Below are positions 34,364 through 45,302 of a DNA stretch of 64,000 nucleotides, piece after piece. The stretch lies in assembly GCF_030013595.1 (NCBI RefSeq), contig NZ_CP122768.1. One strand, 5' to 3'. The position numbers were made by a program, and so were the translations under genes. Below the pieces are notes generated by a model. That model was not told where the DNA came from, searched no databases, and saw only the letters and a program-made list of their open reading frames with translations. Within the stretch, counting starts at the first letter, position 1. Each line of letters begins with the position of its first letter. Source of the DNA: Escherichia coli. Lineage in GTDB: Bacteria; Pseudomonadota; Gammaproteobacteria; Enterobacterales; Enterobacteriaceae.

Positions 34364-35266
34364 TTATTGATAAACAAAAGTCACGCCAATAATCGATTGC
34401 ACATTCCCTGCAGTCACCTGCCCTCCGGTACGTGCGTAATTTGCCGTTAATCCCAGACTTACCGCCGAAGTCCCTACTGCTCCTAACGATACCGTGTTAT
34501 TCGCTGGAATAATCGTACCGTTGCGCGTCAACTGTACGCCGACGCCCTGCGCTGGTGAAAACGACGCGGTATTGGTGAAAATCGAGTTGCCCGCATCTGC
34601 GGTTGTGCCGGAGAGGTAATACCCCAGGTTTTGGCTTTTCGCACAATAAACGGTAAGAGGAATTGGCACTGAACCAGGGTAGTCCGGCAGAGTAACGGTG
34701 ACATCACGAGCAGAAACATCACAGCCGCCAGTAGGCACCACCACATCATTATTGGCGTAAATATTCCACACAAACTGGAAATCATCGCTGTTATAGTTGT
34801 TGGTCTGTCGCAAAATTAGCACGGCAATTAATGAGCCAGCTTTAATCGCCACCCCGCCAGCACTGCTCACAGGCGTCAAATAAAGCGCCACCGGCCACGG
34901 CTTATCCGTTCTCGAATTATAAACAACCCGCGGCGTTTCGCTGGTGGTAGGAAATGGATAGCTACTGCCACTATATTTTACGGTCCCGGAAAAATTAGAT
35001 AACACGCCGCCATAAGCCGAGCCTCGTTGCAGTGTGACATAGTCTGTAATGGTTTCCGGGTAATCGTTATGGCAAAAGATTTGCGTCGAAAGATCTACGA
35101 CCAGGTTTTGCCCCACATTCACGGCGGGCGCAAGGTTTACATAAACATTGGCGCTGCCACCGCCAATAGGGATAGCGGTACCATTGGCGGTTTTACAGGC
35201 GAATGACCAGGCATTTACCGACCAGCCCATCAGCAGTACAGCAAACAGGGTAATAACTCGTTTCAT
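34364..35266 (-). CDS. fimH: Type 1 fimbrial tip adhesin FimH
   Basis: ORF MKRVITLFAVLLMGWSVNAWSFACKTANGTAIPIGGG... is near-identical to the FimH lectin-domain sequence as I recall it. Confidence 0.95.
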   Translation of the reverse strand: MKRVITLFAVLLMGWSVNAWSFACKTANGTAIPIGGGSANVYVNLAPAVNVGQNLVVDLSTQIFCHNDYPETITDYVTLQRGSAYGGVLSNFSGTVKYSGSSYPFPTTSETPRVVYNSRTDKPWPVALYLTPVSSAGGVAIKAGSLIAVLILRQTNNYNSDDFQFVWNIYANNDVVVPTGGCDVSARDVTVTLPDYPGSVPIPLTVYCAKSQNLGYYLSGTTADAGNSIFTNTASFSPAQGVGVQLTRNGTIIPANNTVSLGAVGTSAVSLGLTANYARTGGQVTAGNVQSIIGVTFVYQ

Positions 35267-35285
35267 TACAATCATCTCTTCGGGT

Positions 35286-35789
35286 TCAGCTGTAGGTATA
35301 GGTGATGCTAATCACTGCCTGAATGGTTCCCTGAGTGGCTCCGCCATTTACCGTCAATGCTCTGACCTGTAACGGGAAGTGCGCTGATTGTGAGGAATCA
35401 TCCACCTGAACTGTTTTGGTTGCGCCACTATTCAATGTGTTGCCACTGTCATCCTGTCGCTCTAACTGGATGTTTTGCGCGGTCCCCTGGTTTTTATAAT
35501 ATCCGGTACTGTCGGCTGCCCCGCTGAAGCTGGCGGTGACCCTCGACGTTCCCACCGGACAATTAGTCAACTCAAGCGCAACATCATGCCAGGCCGATGC
35601 CGCCCCGGCAGACATCAGACTGAAAGAATAAAGATCGCCGAGATCTACCGTGGCATTGGTGGTGGAAACCGTGCACGGTTTGGCGACGACCTTACCGTTC
35701 ACCGTGATGGTGACATCGGCTGCCTGTATCGTCGCACTTGCGAGCGCCAACATTGCCGCCAATAAATACCCACGTTTGCGCCATTTCAT
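35286..35789 (-). CDS. fimG: Type 1 fimbrial minor subunit FimG
   Basis: 167-aa pilin-like ORF in conserved fim order. Confidence 0.9.
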   Translation of the reverse strand: MKWRKRGYLLAAMLALASATIQAADVTITVNGKVVAKPCTVSTTNATVDLGDLYSFSLMSAGAASAWHDVALELTNCPVGTSRVTASFSGAADSTGYYKNQGTAQNIQLERQDDSGNTLNSGATKTVQVDDSSQSAHFPLQVRALTVNGGATQGTIQAVISITYTYS

Positions 35790-35801
35790 GAGCATCTCCA
35801 G

Positions 35802-36332
35802 TTACTGATATTCAAGAGTGAAGGTAGCCGTGGCATTGATATGCCCCGCAGTGACAGGCACCTGTGTCGCCATTAGCCGGGCGTAAAAATTCAGCGTATT
35901 TGGTTTACCCGGCGTCAGGGTCGTCCACGAAAGCGCGGACGATGGGGCATTAAGGGGTATCTGATTTTGTTGCTCATTCAGAAGCTGTATTCCCAGTCCC
36001 GCAGCCGCTGACACCGTATTTTCAAGTGCAAGCAGGTTGGCATTGTGGCTATCTGCAACACCGGTAAACCCAACTTTTACGGCAGAAACGGCATTACCAC
36101 AGGGTGACAGCAAAATACGAAATGGAACGACAGGAGTCGTCGCGCCAATGTTGTTAAATTGCTTCGCCGCGTTTTCCATCAGATCAACAGTAAAATTGGT
36201 TGATTCAGCGGCCACACTACAGCCGTTATCTCTGACATAGCCGCGGATAGTAATCGTGCTATCCGCAGCCAAAGCGTGACTCACCGCCAGCCACAAAAAA
36301 GCGCACAGAAGATAAAAAGGTTTGTTTCTCAT
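35802..36332 (-). CDS. fimF: Type 1 fimbrial minor subunit FimF
   Basis: 176-aa pilin-like ORF in conserved fim order. Confidence 0.9.
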
Positions 36333-36341
36333 CACGCCCCC

Positions 36342-38978
36342 TTAACGACATTCAGCTGATAGCTGGGTTAATAACTGCTGCTGACTCTCTGGTGGCAGTT
36401 GATAATTGGCGACACAATGAGCATTTTCCTCTTCTCCCCATTTCACCTGAACTTTTCCCGCTAGAGGCATTCCGCTGAGGTAAACCTGACCATTATCCGC
36501 AACAATGCCGCTACTCTGGCTACTCTCTGATGTCACCATCGCCCCAAACGGCAGCGGCTTATTATTGTGGGTTAGCGTCATGAGCAGTTTTATCCCAACG
36601 CGCGCTTTAAACTCTGCTCGCACGATCGCTCCACGAGTGGGAACAACGTTAGCGACCGCGTTATCTAAATCGACGTTATCAGCCAGGGTATTGGTATCCA
36701 GCGCCACTCTGTTTTCCCGATATTCAGTGGCATAAGGCAGCACGGCATAACCGCGCCAGTCGGTACGCACCCCCGTCTGGTTTTCGACTTTTGCATCTTT
36801 TGCGCCAGGCGCTTTAACAAGCACCACCGTATCGTTTAACGGCTGCCCCAGCGTTACGCCATTGGCATGAGCCAGTACCCCACCGCTGACTCCATAATAG
36901 AGCTGCTTAATATCATCGCTATGGCTGTAACCGATGTTGGCATTGCCGTAACCACCGCGATAATTCAGCGTGGCGTAGCCTGTGCTTCCGCTATTACCAT
37001 CGCCTCCCCCGGCATAGCCGGTTTGCACGCTATAGCTGAGGTTGTTGTCTTCCAGCAACGTACCGTATACACCGGCCAGATTGGTCATCCGACCGTTGAG
37101 ATCGTGTGACATGCTGTAGCTGGCACTGGCATGTCGCCACTGAGATTTACTGTCAGAACGCAGCCAGTGGCTGAAAGGAATATTGACGTTAAGCGCTAAC
37201 ATCTGATCCCGTCCTTTTTGCCAGGCGTTTTTCGTCAGGCTATAGCTGAGCGTCCAGTTGATATCTTCGAATGCAGTATTTAAACCAGCCTGGAATTGCT
37301 CATCGACATTACTCGTTCCCCAATAAGTTTGATGGCTACCACTCAAATACAGTGTTGATGTGCGCCCGAGTTGCTGAGTAACGGTGAGTTGTAATTTCCC
37401 GCGTTTGTTATAAGCGAGATTGTAATAGTCGGTGAATTTCGGCTTAACCTGAATAACACCATCCTGTGTTTCGATGTTGTAGCCATTCATTCGACTGTAT
37501 GTTGTATCAGCGAAATTAAAATACCCACTGGTCGAATAACGGTAACCCACTAACTGAATATTCGTGCCTGATTCATTGAGCGATTTGTTATAGAGAAAAC
37601 GCACCGATTGTCCGTCATGCTGACTGTCATCGGGAAGTGTGGAATTAGCCTGCGTCATATCCACAGACAGAGCGCCCAGTGCCCCCATGTTTTTCCCGAT
37701 ACCGAAATTAAAAGCACGATAACGATCCGCCAGTTGCGTTCCACCATATATTGTCCAGCCAGCCGGAAGGCCGTGGAGTAATGTACTCTGGAAAAAGCGA
37801 GGTTTTTCCTGCTGCGCATTTCCACTACGGTATTCTCCTGCCGTAATGGAATAACGAGTATGTCCTTCCCGTTGCAAAAGCGGGACTGACGAATAGGGTA
37901 CGGTAAAGATCTGCGTGCTGCCGTCAGCCTCTTTAATCGTTACCTGCAAGTCACCACTATTACCTGCGGCATAGATATCGTTGATGGTAAAAGGCCCCGG
38001 TGGCACCGTACTATTATAAATGTCATACCCATTTTGTTTAATAGTGACCTGTGCAGTACCACGAGCAATACCGTGGATCACCGGGGCAAATCCTCTTTGG
38101 CTATCGGGTAACATATTGTCATCTGAGGCCAATTGTGCGCCGCGAAAGTTAATACCATCGAAAATATCGCCCTGGGTATAACCATCACCCAGCGTCAGCC
38201 GGGAACGTAACGGAATTATGTCTCGCTCAAGCCAGGTATTGATATGCTGCCATTTATTTTTGCTACCTGATGAACTGTCGTTACTGTTATAACTCCAGGT
38301 GGTATTGTCGCGTAAACGCCACGCACCAATATTTAGCCCACTCTGTAGGTTTAAATATGCATAATGGCTGTTACTACCAATCCGATTCTGTACACTATTT
38401 CCGCTGAAATTATAATTGAGCAAGCCGGCATTAATACCGGGATCCCACAACTCAGGAGGAATATATCCACGCGCGCGATTACTCATAAATGCCTGAGGGA
38501 TCGTCAGGTTGAGTCGCTGCTGACCAACATCTAAATGCGCAGTAGCGTCATGGATCATTGAGGTTAATGGCACGCAGGCATCATCCGCCAGCAGATTCAT
38601 ACCGGAGACAGAAGCCGTATTCAGCCCCATACTGGCAAGTTGCGCGCGTGTCAGGCAGGGAACAATCCCTTGTTCACTGTCGCCCGTGTTAAATGTGACA
38701 TCACGCGTTGCCATATAACCATTATTCAAATAGATATCGACGCGATACGTCCCTGGCGGTAATTCTTGCCCATTTTCAAAACGCGATAAATCGGCCACAG
38801 CCTGGGGATCATCCGCTAAAAAGCGCGGATTAAAATAGAGTTCGGCAGATGACAAAGGTGCCTGTGCGGCAAAAGCACAGGCGACAAAGAGCCGGACAAA
38901 AAGACCAGCCAAACGATGCTTACGAACATGCAAGCATTGTGTGTTTCGCTGGTAAAGTCTTAAATTCAGATATGACAT
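36342..38978 (-). CDS. fimD: Fimbrial outer-membrane usher FimD
   Basis: 878-aa usher-family ORF. Confidence 0.95.
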   Translation of the reverse strand: MSYLNLRLYQRNTQCLHVRKHRLAGLFVRLFVACAFAAQAPLSSAELYFNPRFLADDPQAVADLSRFENGQELPPGTYRVDIYLNNGYMATRDVTFNTGDSEQGIVPCLTRAQLASMGLNTASVSGMNLLADDACVPLTSMIHDATAHLDVGQQRLNLTIPQAFMSNRARGYIPPELWDPGINAGLLNYNFSGNSVQNRIGSNSHYAYLNLQSGLNIGAWRLRDNTTWSYNSNDSSSGSKNKWQHINTWLERDIIPLRSRLTLGDGYTQGDIFDGINFRGAQLASDDNMLPDSQRGFAPVIHGIARGTAQVTIKQNGYDIYNSTVPPGPFTINDIYAAGNSGDLQVTIKEADGSTQIFTVPYSSVPLLQREGHTRYSITAGEYRSGNAQQEKPRFFQSTLLHGLPAGWTIYGGTQLADRYRAFNFGIGKNMGALGALSVDMTQANSTLPDDSQHDGQSVRFLYNKSLNESGTNIQLVGYRYSTSGYFNFADTTYSRMNGYNIETQDGVIQVKPKFTDYYNLAYNKRGKLQLTVTQQLGRTSTLYLSGSHQTYWGTSNVDEQFQAGLNTAFEDINWTLSYSLTKNAWQKGRDQMLALNVNIPFSHWLRSDSKSQWRHASASYSMSHDLNGRMTNLAGVYGTLLEDNNLSYSVQTGYAGGGDGNSGSTGYATLNYRGGYGNANIGYSHSDDIKQLYYGVSGGVLAHANGVTLGQPLNDTVVLVKAPGAKDAKVENQTGVRTDWRGYAVLPYATEYRENRVALDTNTLADNVDLDNAVANVVPTRGAIVRAEFKARVGIKLLMTLTHNNKPLPFGAMVTSESSQSSGIVADNGQVYLSGMPLAGKVQVKWGEEENAHCVANYQLPPESQQQLLTQLSAECR

Positions 38979-39044
38979 TATTCCTCCGGTTTAAAATCAC
39001 CCGGCAGTCAATTCTTTTTATTCAGGCGAAAAATTCCCCCTGCG

Positions 39045-39770
39045 TTATTCCATTACGCCTGTCATTTTGGGGGTAAGTGCGCCATAATCATTTATTGTTC
39101 GGTAAGTAATATTGCTTCCTGCATCAGAAGGCAATTTAACCGTGCTTTCGCCCATTGGAGGCACCAATGCATTTTCAAGAACCCGGGTTCCGGCATTCAA
39201 CTCTGTTACCGTCAGGTAATAGGGTGTCGGGTTAATCAGCGTCAGAGAATTCGCGCTACGACGAAATCTTAATTTTTCTGCGGCCTGATCGGGTGGCAAC
39301 GCTAATTTAGCCGGGCGATAGTACAGTTTAATGCGGCTGATAATTGCGAGCTGTAGCGTATTCTCAGTCAATTTTGATTTATCCATTGACGGAATCGCTT
39401 TAACGTTCATCCAGAATAAACTTTCCCGATCCTGTGGCAATTGGTTATTTGTTGCATCAAGAATACGCAAGGTATTCTCTTTTTTTCCCTTCATCGCAAA
39501 CAGAGGAGGCGTCACGATAAAACGACCATCCTTTACACCATCGGCATTTTCCACCCATGATTGAATTAAATAGGTGCTATTTTCATCATTATTTGTCACG
39601 GCAAGTTGCACTTGTTTTTGCCCTGCCGGATAAATTACGCGAGTCGCACCTAAGGCCACTCCCGCTTCAGCGCGTCCGGCAACCATCATTGCCATGAACA
39701 TCAGGATACCTGCCAGCAAGCAGAATGTTATTTCCTGCGATTTCCTTACATTGACGTTTTTATTACTCAC
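39045..39770 (-). CDS. fimC: Periplasmic fimbrial chaperone FimC
   Basis: 241-aa PapD-like chaperone ORF. Confidence 0.95.
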   Translation of the reverse strand: MSNKNVNVRKSQEITFCLLAGILMFMAMMVAGRAEAGVALGATRVIYPAGQKQVQLAVTNNDENSTYLIQSWVENADGVKDGRFIVTPPLFAMKGKKENTLRILDATNNQLPQDRESLFWMNVKAIPSMDKSKLTENTLQLAIISRIKLYYRPAKLALPPDQAAEKLRFRRSANSLTLINPTPYYLTVTELNAGTRVLENALVPPMGESTVKLPSDAGSNITYRTINDYGALTPKMTGVME

Positions 39771-39806
39771 TGTCCTGTTCCTGTTATCACATTATCTGCT
39801 GAACAA

Positions 39807-40346
39807 TTACTGATAGGTTAAAGAGAACCAGGCCTGGGCATTGGCGATGCCGCCAGTAACCCGACGCCCGGTAGCACGATATTTGGCGATGAAATGTAGC
39901 GAAGTAGAGCCTGAGTAAAGCCGTTTCCAGTTTGCTGGAGGACGATTAATCGGTACGAGGTTTCCTTCATCATCAAATAACGCTACGCCAATATTTGTGG
40001 CTATCCCTGGCCCCTCTCCCACGGAAAGCACATCCGGATTTTTACCATCCGCGACACCGTGAAACGCCACACCCACACGTTCACTCACCACCGTGCTACA
40101 TTCCCGTAAATGAATAACAAAAGGCACCGGTGCGCTATCTTCCCCTACCGCATGAAACCGGTTACTGCTGATTTGCCCCATATTGACCGTCATTTGTTTA
40201 TCACCAGCTTCAACTCGGCAAGTTTCCGCAATAATGACGCCCTGAAATTGCATATTTCCGCCGGGCAGCGTGGTATTCCATTTATTTCCGGCCAGAGCAA
40301 ACATTGGCAGCAACGACGCTAATAGAAATAATCTCTTCCTTTTCAT
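39807..40346 (-). CDS. fimI: Fimbrial protein FimI
   Basis: Pilin-like ORF; start chosen at [12 protein letters not shown] (179 aa) although the frame is open further upstream to 40478. Confidence 0.85.
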   Translation of the reverse strand: MKRKRLFLLASLLPMFALAGNKWNTTLPGGNMQFQGVIIAETCRVEAGDKQMTVNMGQISSNRFHAVGEDSAPVPFVIHLRECSTVVSERVGVAFHGVADGKNPDVLSVGEGPGIATNIGVALFDDEGNLVPINRPPANWKRLYSGSTSLHFIAKYRATGRRVTGGIANAQAWFSLTYQ

Positions 40347-40410
40347 CGTTATTTTTATCGCACAAGGGTGGGCATCCCTGCCCGTAATGACGTCCCTGAA
40401 CCTGGGTAGG

Positions 40411-40959
40411 TTATTGATACTGAACCTTGAAGGTCGCATCCGCATTAGCTGCGCCAGGGGTTGCGGCACCGGTTGCAAAATAACGCGCCTGGAACGGAAT
40501 GGTGTTGGTTCCGTTATTCAGGGTTGTTTCTGAACTAAATGTCGCACCGTCCAGCGCCAGCGCAGCACCCGTTCTGTCCAGGATCTGCACACCAACGTTT
40601 GTTGCGCTACCCGCAGCTGAACTCTGCAGAGCCAGTACATCAGTATGCGTAGCATCAATTGCCGTACCTAAGAAGGCAACAGCGGCTTTTGTGGCAACAG
40701 TGGTATCGCAATCATTCAGCTGAATGTTAAAACCAACGGCAGAGCTGGTTGCTCCAGCCTGCTTCAGGCTAGCGGTACGAACCTGGCCCAACTGAACGGT
40801 TTGATCAACAGAGCCTGCATCAACTGCGCAAGCGGCGTTAACAACTTCCCCTTTAAAGTGAACGGTCCCACCATTTACCGTCGTAGTATCGGCCAGAGCC
40901 GCTGCGGAACTGAGGGACAGAGCCGACAGAACAACGATTGCCAGAGTTTTAATTTTCAT
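40411..40959 (-). CDS. fimA: Type 1 fimbrial major subunit FimA
   Basis: [26 protein letters not shown]... (182 aa from this Met). Confidence 0.95.
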   Translation of the reverse strand: MKIKTLAIVVLSALSLSSAAALADTTTVNGGTVHFKGEVVNAACAVDAGSVDQTVQLGQVRTASLKQAGATSSAVGFNIQLNDCDTTVATKAAVAFLGTAIDATHTDVLALQSSAAGSATNVGVQILDRTGAALALDGATFSSETTLNNGTNTIPFQARYFATGAATPGAANADATFKVQYQ

Positions 40960-41078
40960 GCTGCTTTCCTTTAAAAAAACTATTTCTAAATCGACATGGG
41001 CAGTCGTTCTGTACACTTTGTTTTGTCAACGAGTTTGACTGCCAACACTGCACAGTTTTCCCCCAAAAGATGAAACAT

Positions 41079-41392
41079 TTGGGGCCATTTTGACTCATAG
41101 AGGAAAGCATCGCGCACAAACTTTTTCAGTTTATTTGTTGGCTTAATATTCTATTGTTATCTTTATTTATAGATTTTTATATTGCATGATGTGGTTTTTG
41201 GAGAGAAGAATGAGGAAGATGCGTCGAGCCACAGAAACGTTAGCTTTACATATAGCGGAGGTGATGTGAAATTAATTTGCAAGAGAAATAATTTACATAT
41301 CAAACAGTTAGATGCTTTTTGTCGTTTTTTAATATTTTTATGCTTGAGAAAAAATACGTAACTTATTTATGATATGGACAGTTTGGCCCCAA
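41079..41392. promoter_or_regulatory. fimS: fimS invertible phase-variation switch (314 bp between 9-bp inverted repeats)
   Basis: TTGGGGCCA at 41079..41087 and its reverse complement TGGCCCCAA at 41384..41392, located between fimA and fimE; spacing of exactly 314 bp matches the described fim switch. Confidence 0.9.
41344..41373 (+). promoter_or_regulatory. Sigma70-like promoter inside fimS (TTGAGA-18 bp-TATGAT), reading toward fimE
   Basis: Hexamers read directly from sequence at 41344..41349 and 41368..41373; predicted start about 41380, immediately before the fimE-proximal inverted repeat. Confidence 0.5.
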
Positions 41393-41438
41393 TTGTCTTG
41401 TATTTATTTGTTTTTGCCTTTGCTATCAATAAGTTAAA

Positions 41439-42035
41439 TTAAACCTCTTCTCTTTTTAATTTTTCGTTTATGAGATTATTTCTTTCCCATAATCCGGCAA
41501 AACGAGCAGCATTACTGGCGGTATAACGCACTGTATGGCGAATATTTCGATGCCCGAGATAATCCTGAATTAAACGGGTATCTGCACCACGCTCCGCCAG
41601 TTCATAACCGCAAGCATGCCTTAACATATGAGGATGAGTCTGCGTTACGGTTCCAGCTTCAATGCCGGCATCGCGAATAATGCGATAGGCCTGCTGGCGA
41701 GAAAGCCGACTCCCGCGGCGAGAAATAAATATAGCGTCGGTCCGGTCAGCGCCTTTCCAGTTAGCACGTTCCTGGGTCCAGCGTTCCACGGCTTCACGCT
41801 CATCAAAACGTAACGGGTGAACGGTAGAAAATCCGTTCTTCAGTCGGCGAATATTTATTCGACCTTCATTAAGGTCAAGATCCTGATAATGCAGATCAAG
41901 CAGTTCACTAATACGCATCCCATGCCGATATGCCAACAGAATAAGACAATAATCTCTGGCTCCCGTTGCCCCGTAACAAACCGCCTGCATCATGGCCTGA
42001 ACTTCTTTACCGGTAAGATAACGACGTTTACTCAC
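41439..42035 (-). CDS. fimE: Tyrosine recombinase FimE (fim switch ON-to-OFF)
   Basis: 198-aa integrase-family ORF with the R..H..R..Y catalytic region (HPHMLRHACGYELA...LGHRNIRHTVRYT). Confidence 0.95.
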   Translation of the reverse strand: MSKRRYLTGKEVQAMMQAVCYGATGARDYCLILLAYRHGMRISELLDLHYQDLDLNEGRINIRRLKNGFSTVHPLRFDEREAVERWTQERANWKGADRTDAIFISRRGSRLSRQQAYRIIRDAGIEAGTVTQTHPHMLRHACGYELAERGADTRLIQDYLGHRNIRHTVRYTASNAARFAGLWERNNLINEKLKREEV

Positions 42036-42512
42036 AATAGTAGTACTCCTGACTGAGATATATTTGAATGAATACCTATAGGAAACCTCAATCGGTCAAA
42101 ATTAGCCCAATAGATAAAAAGATAACCACACACGAAGTGATGTGGCTATCAGTCAATTACATTAAATATCATACAAAAATAAAATATCACCGATGTGACA
42201 ACATCTATTTTCATTGATTTGATTCAATATAACAATAGATTGCAGAAGATTAACTTCCAGTTGCTTAAAAAATAAAGAAAAAAGTGTGGAAACAGGAGAA
42301 TTTAAGTGATGTGTAAATTTATGAATGATTTTGTTTATTTATTTTGAAGAACATAAACCATTGGATTTTGTATGGGTATGGTTAACTTAATGTTTATTAT
42401 GATAATTAAGAATCACACTTACAATAACATCAATTAATAAATGGTTAATCATTTTTGATATATCGTAAGAATAATGTAGTTTTTAACACCATCCCTGGTA
42501 TCTCGACTATCT

Positions 42513-43115
42513 CTATAAAACAGCGTGACGCTGTCGTCCTCTGGCTCTATCCCAGATGCCGTAAAAACGCCCTGCATTGCTGGCGGTATACCAGACAGTA
42601 TGACGAATATTGCGATGCCCAAGATAATCCTGGATAAGTCGCGTATCTATTCCCATATTCGCCAAAGCAAAACCACACGAATGGCGTAACATGTGCGGAT
42701 GAATCTCCAGTGACAACCCGGCATTACCACCAGAAGTCGAGATAATATGGTAAAACTGTTGCCGAGAAAGCGGATTCCCCTTACGTGATAAAAATACCCA
42801 CTCGCTCTCAGCATGCGGATACGAAGTACGGATACTCAACCAGTTTTTTAAAGCCTGAACTTCTTTGTTCAATAGCGGGTGCGTTGTTGAAAAGCCTTTT
42901 TTTAATCGATGGATATATATACACTTTGCCTTAAGATCAATATCCGAAATCCTCAATCGACAAATTTCACTCGCCCGGAAACCATGAATAAAACAAAGCA
43001 AAGTCAGACAATAATTACGTGCTGCATGAGGCCCGGTATTTGCTGCTTTAAGGAGTGACTCGATTTCACTATGGGTAAGGAAGTTCCTTTTTTTGTTATC
43101 AGCCTTATTCTTCAT
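42513..43115 (-). CDS. fimB: Tyrosine recombinase FimB (fim switch, both directions)
   Basis: 200-aa paralogue of FimE (HPHMLRHSCGFALA...LGHRNIRHTVWYT). Confidence 0.95.
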   Translation of the reverse strand: MKNKADNKKRNFLTHSEIESLLKAANTGPHAARNYCLTLLCFIHGFRASEICRLRISDIDLKAKCIYIHRLKKGFSTTHPLLNKEVQALKNWLSIRTSYPHAESEWVFLSRKGNPLSRQQFYHIISTSGGNAGLSLEIHPHMLRHSCGFALANMGIDTRLIQDYLGHRNIRHTVWYTASNAGRFYGIWDRARGRQRHAVL

Positions 43116-44127
43116 CGTTTTCCCTTATAATTACAGACGCGCACTAGCTGTGCTGGGTTAGCAATAAACCAACAATTTAATCCTGATTATGTTTATAAAA
43201 GCGAACGTTTGCTTAATAACTAACGTAAGTGAACCAGTTCTTCTGAGCGAACTTAAATGGAGTAGCGATAGTTACTTATAATAACTTTGCCATACAAACG
43301 CCATGCTCTTGCATGCTATGTACCTTTATATATTTATCAATCTGATACGAATCTAATAATAACCCTCATCATTAATGCAACTAATCTTATCTATATATCA
43401 TGTGATATGTTCTGTAACAAGTAAAATCAACATAAAAAATTCAGCAAAATTTAATATTCGTTCAACTAGCCGTCTCACATATGACATTATTAGTCAACTG
43501 CATTTGCCACAAAATGGCTATTTCATGGAACGCAGTAATTTCTTAGTGGCTATTATCAAGCTAATTCTTAGGTCCCTAGCGATTATTCCTGGCTGGTTCG
43601 TCAGTTTAGGTCATGAGATTGTTACATTCCTTTTTATCCTGGAGATATGGGGGAACGCAGGCGACGCTTTTTCATCTACATCCGTTGGTAAATATGGCTT
43701 TGGTCACTACGACTTAAACCCTCCTCAATCACAGCTACTCGCCGGGCGATACGGCAAACAAGCTAATTGAAACATCATCCTGAAAACACCAGCATCAACA
43801 AGCCTCTCCAGATCGACATCAGGAGTGACCAGTTACAAGCCACAAACCAAGAAACATATTTCATGATGAGAATTATGCTCAGCCTGATGGCGGGTAAACA
43901 CTTATTTTCACCAAGCTCACTGAGTTAGCTTGCAAAGCTTTCTTTGTTTAGATTCTAAATAAATTATTTATAAAACAGATAATTAAAAGAAAATCTTTAG
44001 TTTTTGAAGACCACCGCAAGTGTTCGTCTGGCTTCACATGGCATCTGCCTCTTAGAAAAAGATCGACATATTTTGTGACACGAATTGCAAATCTGGTTTT
44101 GTTGTATGGATTGCGTGATTTTTGATC

Positions 44128-44147
44128 TGGTATAACAGGTATAAAGG
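44128..44147. promoter_or_regulatory. Candidate NanR operator (tandem GGTATA repeats) upstream of nanC
   Basis: GGTATAACAGGTATAAAGGT lies about 420 bp upstream of nanC; NanR is known to bind repeated GGTATA hexamers. Confidence 0.55.
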
Positions 44148-44566
44148 TGCACCACGATAGTCAATGAGACTGGGCATCTCGTAATCTATGGCAAACATCA
44201 CTTCAGTTCTTTCACATCGGGTGATGAAAATGCACTTCAGTCTGAAAGGAATATGAAAATGAGATCAACAGACACTCTATTTTATGACTCTGGGTAAAAT
44301 GGATTGAGTAAGTGATATAGCTTACGAACATTCAAATCAATTAAACATCAGAAGAGATTTTATACTCAGGTATTTAATCTGGTTCTCTGTTTATTTAAAT
44401 AATGTGGAAAGAGAATTTTCACAGGAGACCTTATACAAAAAATATAAAATAAGCTACCCGTTGCCAAAGACACTATAAGCCTGGCAAAAAATATTACACA
44501 ACATAAATGCTAATTGTTTATGCGGGCTTTGTATTGCTTTCTGTATCCTACAAATGAGTGAAATTT

Positions 44567-45283
44567 ATGAAAAAGGCTAAAATACTTTCTGGCGTATTAT
44601 TACTGTGCTTTTCGTCACCATTAATTTCTCAGGCTGCGACACTGGACGTACGTGGTGGATATCGTAGCGGAAGCCATGCCTATGAGACTCGACTCAAAGT
44701 CAGTGAGGGATGGCAAAATGGATGGTGGGCAAGCATGGAAAGTAATACCTGGAATACCATTCATGATAATAAAAAGGAAAATGCCGCACTCAATGATGTT
44801 CAGGTTGAAGTTAATTACGCGATTAAACTTGATGATCAATGGACGGTGCGCCCGGGAATGTTAACGCATTTTAGCAGCAACGGCACACGCTACGGACCCT
44901 ACGTAAAACTGTCCTGGGACGCGACAAAAGATCTTAATTTTGGCATTCGCTATCGTTACGACTGGAAAGCTTACCGACAACAAGACTTATCCGGTGATAT
45001 GTCTCGTGATAACGTTCATCGTTGGGATGGATATGTCACTTACCATATTAATAGTGATTTCACCTTCGCATGGCAAACGACGCTATACAGCAAACAGAAC
45101 GATTATCGCTATGCAAACCATAAGAAATGGGCGACGGAAAATGCATTTGTTCTACAATACCATATGACGCCCGATATTACGCCATACATAGAATATGACT
45201 ACCTTGACCGTCAGGGTGTTTACAACGGCAGAGATAATTTATCGGAAAACAGTTATCGCATTGGTGTGTCATTTAAACTGTAG
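44567..45283 (+). CDS. nanC: KdgM-family outer-membrane sialic acid channel NanC
   Basis: ORF with start chosen at MKKAKILSGVLLLCFSSPLISQA (238 aa), aromatic C-terminus typical of beta-barrels. Confidence 0.9.
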   Translation: MKKAKILSGVLLLCFSSPLISQAATLDVRGGYRSGSHAYETRLKVSEGWQNGWWASMESNTWNTIHDNKKENAALNDVQVEVNYAIKLDDQWTVRPGMLTHFSSNGTRYGPYVKLSWDATKDLNFGIRYRYDWKAYRQQDLSGDMSRDNVHRWDGYVTYHINSDFTFAWQTTLYSKQNDYRYANHKKWATENAFVLQYHMTPDITPYIEYDYLDRQGVYNGRDNLSENSYRIGVSFKL

Positions 45284-45302
45284 TAGACAGGAGACAGTCA
45301 CA

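Noticed and set aside
43375-43770. 131-aa ORF in the fimB-nanC intergenic region
   Set aside because: No convincing RBS or family resemblance; sits in a known long regulatory region, so most likely non-coding.
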